From NCBI GenBank assembly GCA_034780895.1, contig JAUZTB010000064.1, forward strand, positions 57,678,159 to 57,742,158: a stretch of 64,000 nucleotides of DNA, given 5' to 3'. Source of the DNA: Rhynchobatus australiae (taxonomy: Eukaryota). Below are positions 12,955 through 24,895 of this stretch, in pieces. Both the position numbers and the translations under genes were made by a program. Numbering within the stretch: position 1 is the first letter of the stretch; each line of letters begins with the position of its first letter. The notes below the pieces were generated by a model. The model saw only the letters and a list, made by a program, of their open reading frames with translations. It had not been told where the DNA came from and made no database searches.

Positions 12955-13590
12955 AGCATTATAGAGTGACACAGCATGGAAACTGGCCCTTCAGTCCAAG
13001 TCATCCATGCTGACCAACATGCCCATCTAGGCTAGTTCCACATCCCTCTAAACCTTTCTGATCCATGAACCTGTGCAAAGGTCTTTTAAATGTTGTTACT
13101 GTACCTGCCTCAACTATTTTCTCTGGCAGCTTGTTCCATGTGATGAAATTGCTCCTCAGGTCCCCTTTAAATCTTTTTCCTCTCACCTTAAACCTATGCC
13201 CTCCAGTTTTTTTTAATTCCCTTTCCTAGGGAAAAAGACTGTGCATTCATTGTGTCTAAGCCCCTCATGATTTTATACACCTCTATAAGGTCACTGCTCA
13301 GTCTCCTATGCTCTAAGGAATAAAACCCTAGCCTGCCTAATCTCTACCTATAACTCAGGTCTTCAAGTCCTGTCAACATTCTCATAAATCTTCTTGGCAC
13401 TTTCTAGTTTAATTATGTCTTTCCTATAATAGGGTGACAAAACTGTACACAATACTCCATTGTCTTGTATAACTGCAAAATAATGTCCCAACTCCTAAAT
13501 TCAGTGCCCTGACTGATGAAGGCCAGCAATGCCAAATGCCTTCTTCACCACCCTATATCTGTGATGCTACTTTCTGGGAACCATGTACTT
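12955..13590 (-). mobile_element. CR1 LINE 3' portion
   Basis: ORF 13001..13186(-) RGKRFKGDLRSNF...WNKLPEKIVEAGTVTTFKR; CR1 tail ACAGCATGGAAACTGGCCCTTCAGTCCAA. Confidence 0.85.
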
Positions 13591-15240
13591 GGATAGTAAG
13601 CAGGAGGACAGTATCCAGCCAATGGAACACAGTAGGGGGATGGGTCCTTGGTTTGGAAGTAAGGGATCTTCATTAACGATGGCAGAGGATGGAGCTGGAG
13701 TGGGAGAAGTATNNNNNNNNNNTAAAAACCAGCAGCCTTTCAAGGAAAAGAAGTGGCCAGCAGCTCCAAAGAAGAATAACTTTTCCTTGATGATCTTTGG
13801 CCACTGCCACTCAAATCAACACATCAGCTTCTTCCCCAATGGGTATACAGTATACTTTGGGCTACCAGTTTCAGCCCCAACACCTCATCCCCTTCATCTA
13901 CCATGATCAGCATCGATATTTCCAATATCATCAGAATGTTCCTGTCTTAAAATCTTAAGAACACCAGTAGTTTGCAGATTATTAATCCCAGATGTCTATA
14001 AACCATCCAGCATGCTCACACTGTTAGGGAATGAACCCAATGGCCAGTGTTAGTCAGAACTAGATGTACTGCATTCATTCTTCACTTCTTTCTATCAGAA
14101 AGATACAGCTCTTTCAAGGGGCAGCCTAGCATGACTGATGTTGACCTTCATAGCTCAAAGGGTGCCCAAGATCCACTCCTACAGGTGTGAGGCCCCAACA
14201 GCTGATTGTGACATTCCCCTGATCCCACATGCTCTCAGATGGGGTCAGTATTGGAGGTCACCATCAGACATTTAAGCTGAAGTTTCAGTTCACAGATCTT
14301 CTACCCCGTACAGGTTAAAATAAACAATATCTGCTTCACAGAATACTGAGAATGTCATTGCTTGTGTGTTTTCCAATGTTTCCTACACATCCTCCTACCT
14401 GTAAAACCAAACCTTGTTCACTATCATTCTCAGTAGAGAAACATTAATTAAATTCAAAGCCAAAATAAAGTGGAGGTGACTGCTGTTATTGACACTAAGG
14501 TAACCCAATCAGATGAAGCCCAAAATTTCCAATTTGCTTTCCAGCAAGGTTTAAACCACCTGTGGAAAGGAAGTACAATTTCATGGAGAAAATTCATTGA
14601 GAAAAATAAGTTTCTCATTTTCATTGAGAAAAATAAATATTTTTACAGAAACATTTTTTTTGTTTTGCTTTCAGAAGTCCCAGTTTAAAACTAATCAATC
14701 TGACAGGAGCAATCCAGTGAAAATGATAATGTTTAAAACCAGAGACAAGTGTAAAATAGAAATCCTGCCCAAACCCAAATGTTCCAAGCTGAAGGGGTTA
14801 AAAAAAAAGGCAATCACATGTCATCAACACATACCTTAGTGATATTGGCTATCAGTGTATGGTGTGAATATGGAATCATTCATTAGAACAATTGGATAGT
14901 TGTTAGTATTTTTAAAGCAAAAGTTGCCCAAAGTAAACTTTGGAATTCAGTTTGTTTTGAGGTCTTTTGAGGAAAGTCAGAAGACTGTCAATGCACCAGT
15001 AGCCAACTTCACCTCAGTTAGGCTGTCAGTGAGTGCTCAGAAAATCCTCACACCACATGATGAATTTCAGGGGTATTGAGAAGAGACATCCTCCCTTCAG
15101 ACAAGAAGACATTGTGCATGTTAAGGTCATATGTAAATGTATGTGGGTGTATAGTATAAGTTTTTTTTACACATCCTTCCAAAAATGGTTGATTCTATAT
15201 TAGTGCTTACAGCCTTGCTCAAAGTCCCATAGTCAGAGGC

Positions 15241-15514
15241 TGTCATGATGTTGATAGAGAGTAAACACACAGAGAACCCAAATGCAGCACACCGATACAA
15301 GACTGGAGTCAGGATACTTCCTCAGGACAAACACAGGCANNNNNNNNNNNNNNNNNNNNNNNNNNNNNNNNNNNNNNNNNNNNNNNNNNNNNNNNNNNNN
15401 NNNNNNNNNNNNNNNNNNNNNNNNNNNNNNNNNNNNNNNCAGCATGGAATCCATGTGCTGGACAACAAGGCATTAAAGGAGCCAAATTGAGGGCCAGAAC
15501 CCAGAACCATGACA
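15241..15514 (-). mobile_element. Solo-LTR-like element, same family as 12361-12766, gapped
   Basis: TGTCA...TGACA termini; TSD GAGGC at 15236-15240 and 15515-15519; reverse-complement similarity to 12361-12766. Confidence 0.85.
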
Positions 15515-16304
15515 GAGGCAACATGTGAGTGTCACCTCCACAGCAGTTCTCAGTGCTTGGCTCACCACCAGAAGCATCAAGTCTGCTTCCTTTATTTTTA
15601 TGAATTCCATTGACAGTGGAAGAACGATATATGTTATTGATGCTACATTAATAAGATAAAACTTATCATGGGTGCCCATTAGCACTAATGACTGGGGAAT
15701 GTACTTTGTGGTCCAAAGGTCAGCGAGCAGATGATGAACCCAGCTGAGGTTCTCTGCTGCTACTTACAGATGGACTGGATCACATAACTCTGCACAAAGG
15801 ATAAAATCAACCTCTGTATGCCGTCAATGTCCAGCATAACTTTACATAGCCCTTCAAAGAAATTTTGGTCACTAAAACTTACTCCTGTTTCCGGTATGGT
15901 GCAATGGTATTTATTTCACATAAGAAGCTGCAGCAAAAGACTTAATCCATGTCAAACCAAGTGCATTGATATTGTACTGAAGCAAAAAGAATGTTTACTT
16001 GATTTTTATTGCAGAGAGATGTCAGTGTGGGAAATCAGCCAATGTGTTTTCTTTGTGTAAGCAGAGTAAGTGACCCAGTTTGAAATGAAGCATTTCTGAT
16101 TGGAAGTTAAAGCAGTGTTCTTTTCCCATATAAAGTAAAATATATGTAATTCTGAGGAGGAGAAGGTGGCAAAGATCTCGTAACAAATTGGTGCAAACAA
16201 ACCATTTATACCTGTCTTGATTTAACAGCCTTCTTTTACAGCAAATCTTCTTCTCAAGATGAGATAATAGCAAATAAAGACATATTGGAATAAGAAACTT
16301 TTTT

Positions 16305-16685
16305 TTACTTATACAGCAGAGTAACAGGCTATTCCAGCCCAACAAGCCCACGCCGCCCAGTTACACCCATGTTAACCTACTCACCCATATGTCTTTGGAA
16401 TGTGGGAGGAAACTGGAGCACCTGGAGGAAACCCACGCACTCATGGGGAGAACATACAAACTCTAACAGACAGCAGCAGGAATTGNNNNNNNNNNNNNNN
16501 NNNNNNNNNNNNNNNNNNNNNNNNNNNNNNNNNNNNNNNNNNNNNNNNNNNNNNNNNNNNNNNNNNNNNNNNNNNNNNNNNNNNNATGGGGAGAACATAC
16601 AAACTCTAACAGACAGCAGCAGGAATTGAACCCCGATCGCTGGCACTGTAACAGCATTATGCTAACCGCTATGCTACCTTGCCGT
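16305..16685 (-). mobile_element. tRNA-derived V-SINE (HE1-like) with CR1-type tail
   Basis: Minus-strand A box GGTAGCATAGCGG and B box GGTTCAATTCC; V-domain GGAGGAAACTGGAGCACCTGGAGGAAACCCAC; gap with duplicated flanks. Confidence 0.8.
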
Positions 16686-17655
16686 ACAATGGGAAACTAT
16701 TTCTCATTAAGTCTTATTCAGGCCTAATGATTAAAACAGACATTTAATTATTTCCCATGAGAATTCATGATTCACATAGAAAGCTTTTATATTGATATTT
16801 TATATTTTGTCATTCAACATGTCCTGAAAAGTAAATCGGATATTTTGCTCAGAAGGATTTGGTGATTTAACTGACACTGCGGCAAAGTGGGGATGTAATA
16901 ATTAGAGAGAAGATCTATCTCACTAACCTAACTGTAAAGGTTGCTGACAGCAAGTTAAGAGCTGCATATTGGTGTTAACTGTAAAGGACCATGTAATCAT
17001 TCTTGATTCATTGTTTCACATCAGATGGTGGTGAGCTAGGTTTGCCAAAAAGCAACGAAGCATCAAAAAGTTCACTTACCAAAAACCCTGAGCAGCATAT
17101 TAACATTCCAAGTCTTGCTCCTGTCTACCACATCACGCATAGAAGCTGTTCTTTAAATAAAGGGGCAGAAAAGATTGTTATTTTCTCTGATGGNNNNNNN
17201 NNNNNNNNNNNNNNNNNNNNNNNNNNNNNNNNNNNNNNNNNNNNNNNNNNNNNNNNNNNNNNNNNNNNNNNNNNNNNNNNNNNNNNNNNNNNNNNNNNNN
17301 NNNNNNNNNNNNNNNNNNNNNNNNNNNNNNNNNNNNNNNNNNNNNNNNNNNNNNNNNNNNNNNNNNNNNNNNNNNNNNNNNNNNNNNNNNNNNNNNNNNN
17401 NNNNNNNNNNNNNNNNNNNNNNNNNNNNNNNNNNNNNNNNNNNNNNNNNNNNNNNNNNNNNNNNNNNNNNNNNNNNNNNNNNNNNNNNNNNNNNNNNNNN
17501 NNNNNNNNNNNNNNNNNNNNNNNNNNNNNNNNNNNNNNNNNNNNNNNNNNNNNNNNNNNNNNNNNNNNNNNNNNNNNNNNNNNNNNNNNNNNNNNNNNNN
17601 NNNNNNNNNNNNNNNNNNNNNNNNNNNNNNNNNNNNNNNNNNNNNNNNNNNNNNT

Positions 17656-17765
17656 GGGATAGAGGGATATGCAGGAGGAAAGGGTTAGATAGTGTGAGGT
17701 GTGGTTTGATGGGTGGCACAACATGGTGGGCTGAAGGCCTGTATTGTGCTGTATTGTCCTGTGGT
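17656..17765 (+). mobile_element. CR1 3' terminus
   Basis: GGCACAACATGGTGGGCTGAAGGCCTGTATTGTGCTGTATTGT; reverse complement of the family at 4980-5300. Confidence 0.75.
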
Positions 17766-18529
17766 CTATTTGTCCCATGAGTATCCATCCGTGGTTACTT
17801 CCAGCAAAGTTTGTTCAAATTCCCACAACACTCCAAAAGGAGACTTGTATGGGAAATGACATCATCCCTCGGGCCCTGTTGTGGAAATCATGTCAGAAGT
17901 GCAAGAGTGATTCACACATGGAAGCACCCAGTTGGATTTACAGAGAAATGCAAAAAGAACTCAAAATTGTTTGTTATTACATTTTAACCTGGGGAAAAAA
18001 ATTGATTTGCAACTGCCTAATGCTGAAAAACATAGCACTAAGTGGCTGAATTTCTAGGCCTAGGTTTGGCTGTGGTGATCTTTATTATTGAAACCAAATA
18101 AAATCTACTTGCTTGAGTTATAAGGATTAATTCTTTGCCAAACAGACAGCTTTCAAGGGCAGTGGAGAAAGAAAATGGTTAAGAAAGTGGTTAAGAAAAT
18201 ATAGCATATTTGACTTTCAAAATAAACATGTTTAACTCATGCAGGAACACATGAGTCACATGGACCAGTTTTACAGTAATCTTGTATTTGTGATGTGGGA
18301 TATTAGAGATCAAAATGTACTCTTAGAGTGTTGGGAATCTTTGAAACTAACTTTCACAAAAGGCAGTGAAAGCAGTCTTTGAAAATCTGACATAGGTACT
18401 TTATAAGCAAAGAGACTGAAAGTTACCATGGGTAAGATGGAATACAGAGCTGGGGTTACAGTCAGATCATCCATGATACTATTTACTGGTAGAGCAGGCA
18501 CAAGGGAGCAAGTGACCTATTCCTGTTCC

Positions 18530-19155
18530 TATTGGTATTGATATTGGTTTCTTATTGTCACATGTACCGAGATATAGTGAAAAGCTTTTGTTTGCATGCC
18601 ATCCACACAGATCATGCCATTACATAAGTACATTGAGGGAGTTAAAAAAAATACAGAATATAGTGTTGCATTTACAGAGAAAGTGCCATGAAGGTAAACA
18701 AATAAAGTGCAAGGGCCACATCAAGATAGACTGGGAGATGAAGACTTCGTCCTTAGCATGTGAGAGGTCTGTTCAAGAGTCTAACAGGATGGAAGTTGTT
18801 CTTGAGTCCAGTGGTTCGTGCTCTCAAGCTTTTGGATATTCCACCCGATGGGAGAGGGGAGAAGAGAGAATGATTGGGATGGGAGAGGTCCGTGATAATA
18901 TTGTCTGCTTTCCTGAGGCAGTGGGAAGTGTAGATGGAGTTAATGGAGGGGAGGTTGGTTTGCGTGATGGACTGGGCTGCGTTCACAACTCTCTGCAATT
19001 TCTTGCAGCCTTGGGTAGAGCAGTTGCCATACCAAGCTGTGATGCATCCGGAGAGGATGCTTTCAATGGTGCATTTGTAAAAATTGTTGAGGGTCATTGG
19101 GGGCATGCCAAATTTTCTTCGTCTTTTGAGGAAGTAGAGGCATCAGTGTGCTTCG
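18530..19155 (-). mobile_element. Rex1/Babar LINE 3' fragment
   Basis: ORF 18753..19106(-) NFYKCTIESILSGCITAWYGNCSTQGCKKLQRVVNAAQSIT...HSLFSPLPSG; ATTGGT-like tail at the left end. Confidence 0.85.
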
Positions 19156-21978
19156 TATGTTGTATGTCTGTATGCAGCTTATTCACAGTTATTGTATATT
19201 AACCTCAGTGGCTTAATTCTATGAGCAAATTTCAAGTCACGTGTTAACTTTTCACTGGAATTTGATCACTGCCAAATACTAAAAACTAATGATAATCCTT
19301 AATTATCCATGGCAATAATTTCTTTGTCCTGTCATATTTTAAAAGTGCTCTGCATAAATTTCTTCGGTGTTCCCCAGATGTGTTCATGAACGGTGCTCAC
19401 AGTATATTGCTGGAATGAAGACTTTTACTGACATTCTCACATTTCAGTTATTCCTTTCTCTTGCCAACATTTTGTGTCAACTCCCTGAACGCTTCAGGTG
19501 CGCACTGAAGTGGTATGTTGAGGCACACTCTCAGCACCACATGCAAAAAATGTTGGAAAAGATCCAAGGGTAAGCTTCAGATGAGGCAAACATAATTAGA
19601 TCAGCACATCCATTGAAATGTGGTGTAGTTCACTATCAGTATGAACACTCTGATGAGATACTATGAAAATCTGGTGTGCCAACTGAGCATTCCTACAATG
19701 NNNNNNNNNNNNNNNNNNNNNNNNNNNNNNNNNNNNNNNNNNNNNNNNNNNNNNNNNNNNNNNNNNNNNNNNNNNNNNNNNNNNNNNNNNNNNNNNNNNN
19801 ACAATGTTAGTAACACAGTGCACTGCTCACCTCTTAAATATGCTCTGACTAACCCTGATAAAGAACCTCATGGTGAGAGACTGCAGGCTCTCTGTGAAGG
19901 TGTAAAAAGTGTTTTTTTGGTGCAAAAATAAGTAGTCTTGGTTGAATGAAACCCATGCTGGCATCTGCTTATTGAGTGTAAGATAGAAGCTTTGGAAAGG
20001 GAACCATTCCAGAAAAACAAATAGTGAGGAAAAAAGAAAATATCTCTTGTTGAGCTAATACTACAGTGCTTATGAGGGATTTTCTGAATCAAGCCCTATT
20101 CATTTTAAACATTGTAATCAAACATTGCAAATGCCAAACACAATGGAGCTTTTATAGTATACAACACAACTATAGTCCCATTTACTTTAGCAGAGAAATT
20201 AATCTACGCATGTGGCATACTAGAGATCAAAACACACTGTAATTTGAGAAATAACCTTCATGCAAAACTACTGATACTTGGCAAATATAAAATAAAACAG
20301 TAAAACTATATAATATGCTGTTGTTAGTTACACAAACTTCAACGTTGGCAAGAACTACAGGTACAAGACAACTTTGGCTAACCACGCAGATGTACATGCC
20401 ATATCATCTGCCATTGTACTGACTACTTTATATGTCCTAGCATCTTCCCACTCTAAAAACATCTGCAGAATCTTGGTATGCCATTTGAAATAACATAAAT
20501 AATGGACAGAACCATGATAAATGCACCTGTCCCAGAAACACTGGCTATGTTCATAATTAATCATTTAAAAAAGCCAGTCTTGTAAAGCATTGCCTTCCCT
20601 TACACTCATTAAACCTATTTAATTTTTAAATGTATATTTTTGCTTGCCCTGTCCATCCCAGCCAAATGCAAGAGAGCTGAGCTATTTTTGAGATACATGG
20701 GTGGAGTGACTAAATGAGAAGAGCAAGTGTTCAGTTTAACGAGGAATGATTTCTGAGCACATCAATCCAATATTTGGCTGTCAATCTATGAAATCCTGCA
20801 TATAATCCAGGTGAAAATAAAAATGTGTAAAAGCAGATTTTAGACAAAGAAATGTCTGATATTAGTTTGGTGATGTGCCTGTTCCTGCATATGGATTCAC
20901 TTCAACCACACACACACCAAAAGTACACTCTTGTCTACACCCTCTTTCTCAGCAACCCCTCAACTAAACAGTCTGCCTCATGGTTCTCCATTCCACTATT
21001 TTCCTTCCTCCCTCCCTATTGCTGTTCTCCACTCCCCCTTTACCCTCACTTCCCTTCTGAATCCCATTCATTCTCCCACCTTCCCCTTTGAAAGGTGATT
21101 AACTTGAAATGTTCATTCCATTTCTCTCTCCACAGTTGCTGCCAGACCTGCAGAGTATCCCCACCATTTTCTGTTTACATCCCAAATATCTCGTGCTTGT
21201 TTCCAGGAATAGTTTAGTTGAAATATGGTTCTAATACGTCTAAGTGGCTGATCCCACACATGTGCTTTATCGACTGGCTCTTGATTTTCCCTTGACCAGA
21301 GTTTTTCAGACCATCTTCTGGAACTCATCCTAATCATTTACCTTCTGGATGATCTCCCAATGCAAGCGATAAATCTAGAGGTTAGCTAATAGAAAGCAAT
21401 GTATGCTTCTTGGGATGCAGATGTCTGTGAATCTAGGAGGTGACAGGAATTTTCAATTGTTTATGTTATATTCAACACCACAGTGGGTTGTTGGTCTTCT
21501 CCATTATATGACCTGGTGGTCAGTGAAAGAGATGTAGCACTGTTCAATGCCCTGGTGGTCCTGATACCAAAAAGTCGACAATTCCTTTCCTCCTACAGAT
21601 GCTGTTCAACCTGGTGAGTTCCTCCAGCTGATTGTTTGTTGCTCCAGGTTCCAGCATCTGCAGCCTCTTATGTCTCCATGATCCTTTGGGAAATGTCCTC
21701 ATCCTAACAATGCCTGCGGCAGACATAACTTCAGTACGAATCATTTCCTTTGCAACAGAATAAGCAGTCAGAAAGGTGGAAAAAATAATTAGATGAGTTA
21801 TTGAAGACTGCATCATGCAACAATTAATGAGATCTCTGCTATGATATCAAAAACATACATCTTACAGAATTCAATGTGGAATAATTTCTGATTTTAGAAA
21901 TTGTAGTGTTTCTGTGTGTGTCAACATACTCCAGGACAAGAGAGTTCTGTGGCGGGTCTGCTTGACAACAAAGTAACC

Positions 21979-22036
21979 ATGTCACAGACTGGACCAAACA
22001 GTCTGCAGCAGGAGTTTGAAGACTACATGTATACAG
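21979..22036 (+). CDS. DLC1: Candidate alternative first coding exon of DLC1 (MSQTGPNSLQQEFEDYMYT + G)
   Basis: ACC-ATG context, 19 open codons, phase-1 donor CAG|GTTAAGTA; splicing to 52625 gives ...YMYT-EIEAKEAC in frame. No transcript evidence. Confidence 0.4.
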
Positions 22037-23932
22037 GTTAAGTACGTTACTTTGCAAATAAACCATTCCTTCTTTTATGTAAATATACCGTCCCTTAAAA
22101 CATTTGTGAAGACATTACAGACATCCATGTAAGTAAACAACTTAGAATAGCGTAATGATGAGCTTATTCTGTTCTGCATTTTTCAGCATTCTTAGAAACT
22201 TCAAAATTGTTTCAATCTTAGCTGGAATCTATTAACATTCAACTGATTTTTTGCGAATGTTGTTCTTGCACAAGAAAATGGCTACCAAATTACAGCATGA
22301 TTACTGTGCAATGCTGGTGGCTGCCCTGTTAATTCTTGAATTAAATTTGTTTCAGGAAATCTTTGAATATATTAGTTTGATGCCAAAAGTTGAATCAAAA
22401 ATTCAAAGATGAATTTGACATGTGTCATGTAGGCCCAACACATTATTGAGGTCCACTGACAAAGATCTCATGCCCCATGAGATACTTATTTGTTCCTTCA
22501 GTCCAGAATCCTGTTGTACTAAATCAGGCAGTTCCTAAACTATAGTAACCAAGCAAATTTCATCTGTAAAACCAGGCAAGACCAAGCAGTAAAATGTTGG
22601 GCAGGTCAATGTTTTGGAAAATAACCCTTTTAGAAGTTAGGAGGAATATTTTGCAGAACTGACCCGGAAGAAGATTAAATCAATGAAGGATAATTCATGA
22701 AAGGAGTCAGATTGATAAACTGGATATCTTTTTCTTATTCTGTTGTTCCTCATGAGTTTATGTTGCGCATTCAAAACAGAGCAATTCATGAAATGTTTTT
22801 TTTCCATGTTAGATTAAATAAGCATCATTTTGAATTCAGGAGGTCATGTAAATGGAAGATAACTGATCCATCACCTACTGGATGTATCTTCTAATTTAAA
22901 TTTCCATTGACTGCGGAAATCACTTACGTTACCTTATCAGCCAAATTCAAAATATATCCTGTCAGCCCATGAACTAAATGTTTGTATTCAGCACTGCAGG
23001 CACAAAGCTTCATTATGCTTCACAGCTTCCAACTGTGCTGTCCAGTGGCAGATTTGCAGCATTGAACACTGAAACAGGCTATTTGGTAAACTCATTTCTT
23101 GTATTTCCTCTGCCCAACAACTTCACAACCTATGAATTCACTGCCACATCTCTTGCAGGAATGCCAACCTTGAGGAAGTTCTCATCTTTCTGCTACCTAG
23201 GCTATAATAGATGCAATGAATAGATCTACTATGAACAGCTTGCAAAGAGTCACCATGCTCCAGTGCTTTGTACTACCTCCATGTACTTATGTTCAGAAGG
23301 CAAAACAAAGTTTTTCACTGTTTCTCAGTATATATGTCAATAATAAACCAATTACCAAACACCAAAACCTAGACTTCTCAATTCCAATAAAGTGTCTTCG
23401 ATCTGAAATGTTAACTATTTCTCTTTCCGCAGATGCTGCCTGACCTGCTGAATTTTTCCAGCATTTTCAGTTTTTATTTCACAACCTATGCCCTCGTTCT
23501 AAATCTCTTACATTTAATCTTATGGCTTTGGTTCTCATTTCTTTCCTTCCTCTTTCATTCATAATTTTCAAGACATCTACTTCATTACTTAATCATCAGC
23601 AAAGTTTTCACTGAAAGCCAACAGTAATGTGAGTGACTCTGGATCCTCCTGGATGATTAGTAGAATATGCTGAGTTCAATTTTTCAGAACATGTAGGGGG
23701 TCAGGGAAGAAAACATAGTGTAACTGACAGATGACATTATAAATAAGTAATTGATCCACTGTGGCACAAAATGAGCCATGTACAGTAAAACACCAATAAT
23801 CCGGCACATTTAGAGTGGTGCCAGATTAACAGATTTTACAAACTATTGGATATTATTCCTATTAATATGCCAACACACTTTTAGTTCACTGTTCTTTTAG
23901 ATGTTATACAATGGTATAATAAGTTTTCAGTG

Positions 23933-24130
23933 CATGCAGTAAGTTTAAATGGAGCCTGAGAAAAAGGAGCCCAGTGAGTTTAAACAGAGCACTGGAAACT
24001 GGTCCCCAGTGAGTTTAAAGGGAGTGCGGCAAATGGAGACCTGGTGAATTTAAAGGCAAAGCAGGGAACAGGGCCCCAAAACGTTTAAACGGAGCACTGG
24101 AAATGCAGCCCCTGTGAGATTAAAAGGGGC
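23933..24130. repeat. 35-bp-period tandem array, 6 units plus a 7th at about 24895-24920
   Basis: GTTTAAA-like core at 23943, 23978, 24013, 24048, 24083 and 24118 (exact 35-bp spacing), resuming at 24907. Confidence 0.85.
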
Positions 24131-24144
24131 TAAAATCATTATGC

Positions 24145-24895
24145 TTAAGGAACTCAATGGGTCAGGCAGCATCTATGGAGTCAATGTTTTGGGTTGAGAC
24201 CCTGCACCAGGACTGAGATTGCAAAAGCTCCAGCCAGTATAGAAGAGGTGAGGGGGTCAGGTGAGACAGGAACTCTCAGGCGATAGGTGGATCCAGGTGA
24301 GCTGAGGTGGATGGGCAAGTGGAGCCATGTGGGGAGAGGGAGGGGTGGAGATAGCAACAGATCCCGGGGGGTGATTAGTGGAGACAGCAAAGGGCTGCAG
24401 GTTATGAAAGCTGATAAAGGAATATGATGTGTGGAACAAGATAAGGGAGGGATACTGGGCAGATGGGAACAGTGGGGGAAGGAGAGGGGATAGGGGACCG
24501 AATGGGTAGAGTGTGTGGGTAATTGGCAGATGGAACCAGGTTGGGGAGGGGAAAGAAACTGGGTAACAGGGGACTGGGGGGGGGCGGGGAGGTTTGGAAA
24601 GAAGTGGGTGTGAGAGGACCTATGTGGATCAGGATGAGAGAAAAAGGAACAGAGGAGGTGCAGGTTACCTGAAACTAGTGAATTCAATGTTCATGCTGTT
24701 GGGTTGTAGGCTACCCTGCTGGAATATGAGGTGTTGCACCTCTAGTTTGCACTTGGCCTCACCGTGATAGTGGAGGAGGTCGAGGGCAGACAGTTCGGTG
24801 TGGAAATGGGGAAGGCTGTCGAAGTGGCTTGCATCTGGGAGCTCAAGATGACCGCTGCAAACTGAGCACTGGTGCTTGGCAAAGCATTCATCCAG
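24145..24895 (-). mobile_element. Penelope-like retroelement 3' end (GIY-YIG endonuclease C-terminus, 3' UTR, terminal repeat)
   Basis: ORF 24665..24922(-) ends ASHFDSLPHFHTELSALDLLHYHGEAKCKLEVQHLIFQQGSLQPNSMNIEFTSFR, matching the PLE GIY-YIG tail; terminal motif CCTGGTGCAGGGTCTCAACCCAAAACATTGAC...AGATGCTGCCTGACC. Confidence 0.85.

Noticed and set aside
17003-17788. ORFs of more than 200 aa in several frames
   Set aside because: They consist almost entirely of N positions.
23933-24130. CRISPR-like look of a conserved GTTTAAA core with variable linkers
   Set aside because: Vertebrate intronic context, linkers are related to each other, total unit is only 35 bp, no cas genes; it is a minisatellite inside a MITE.
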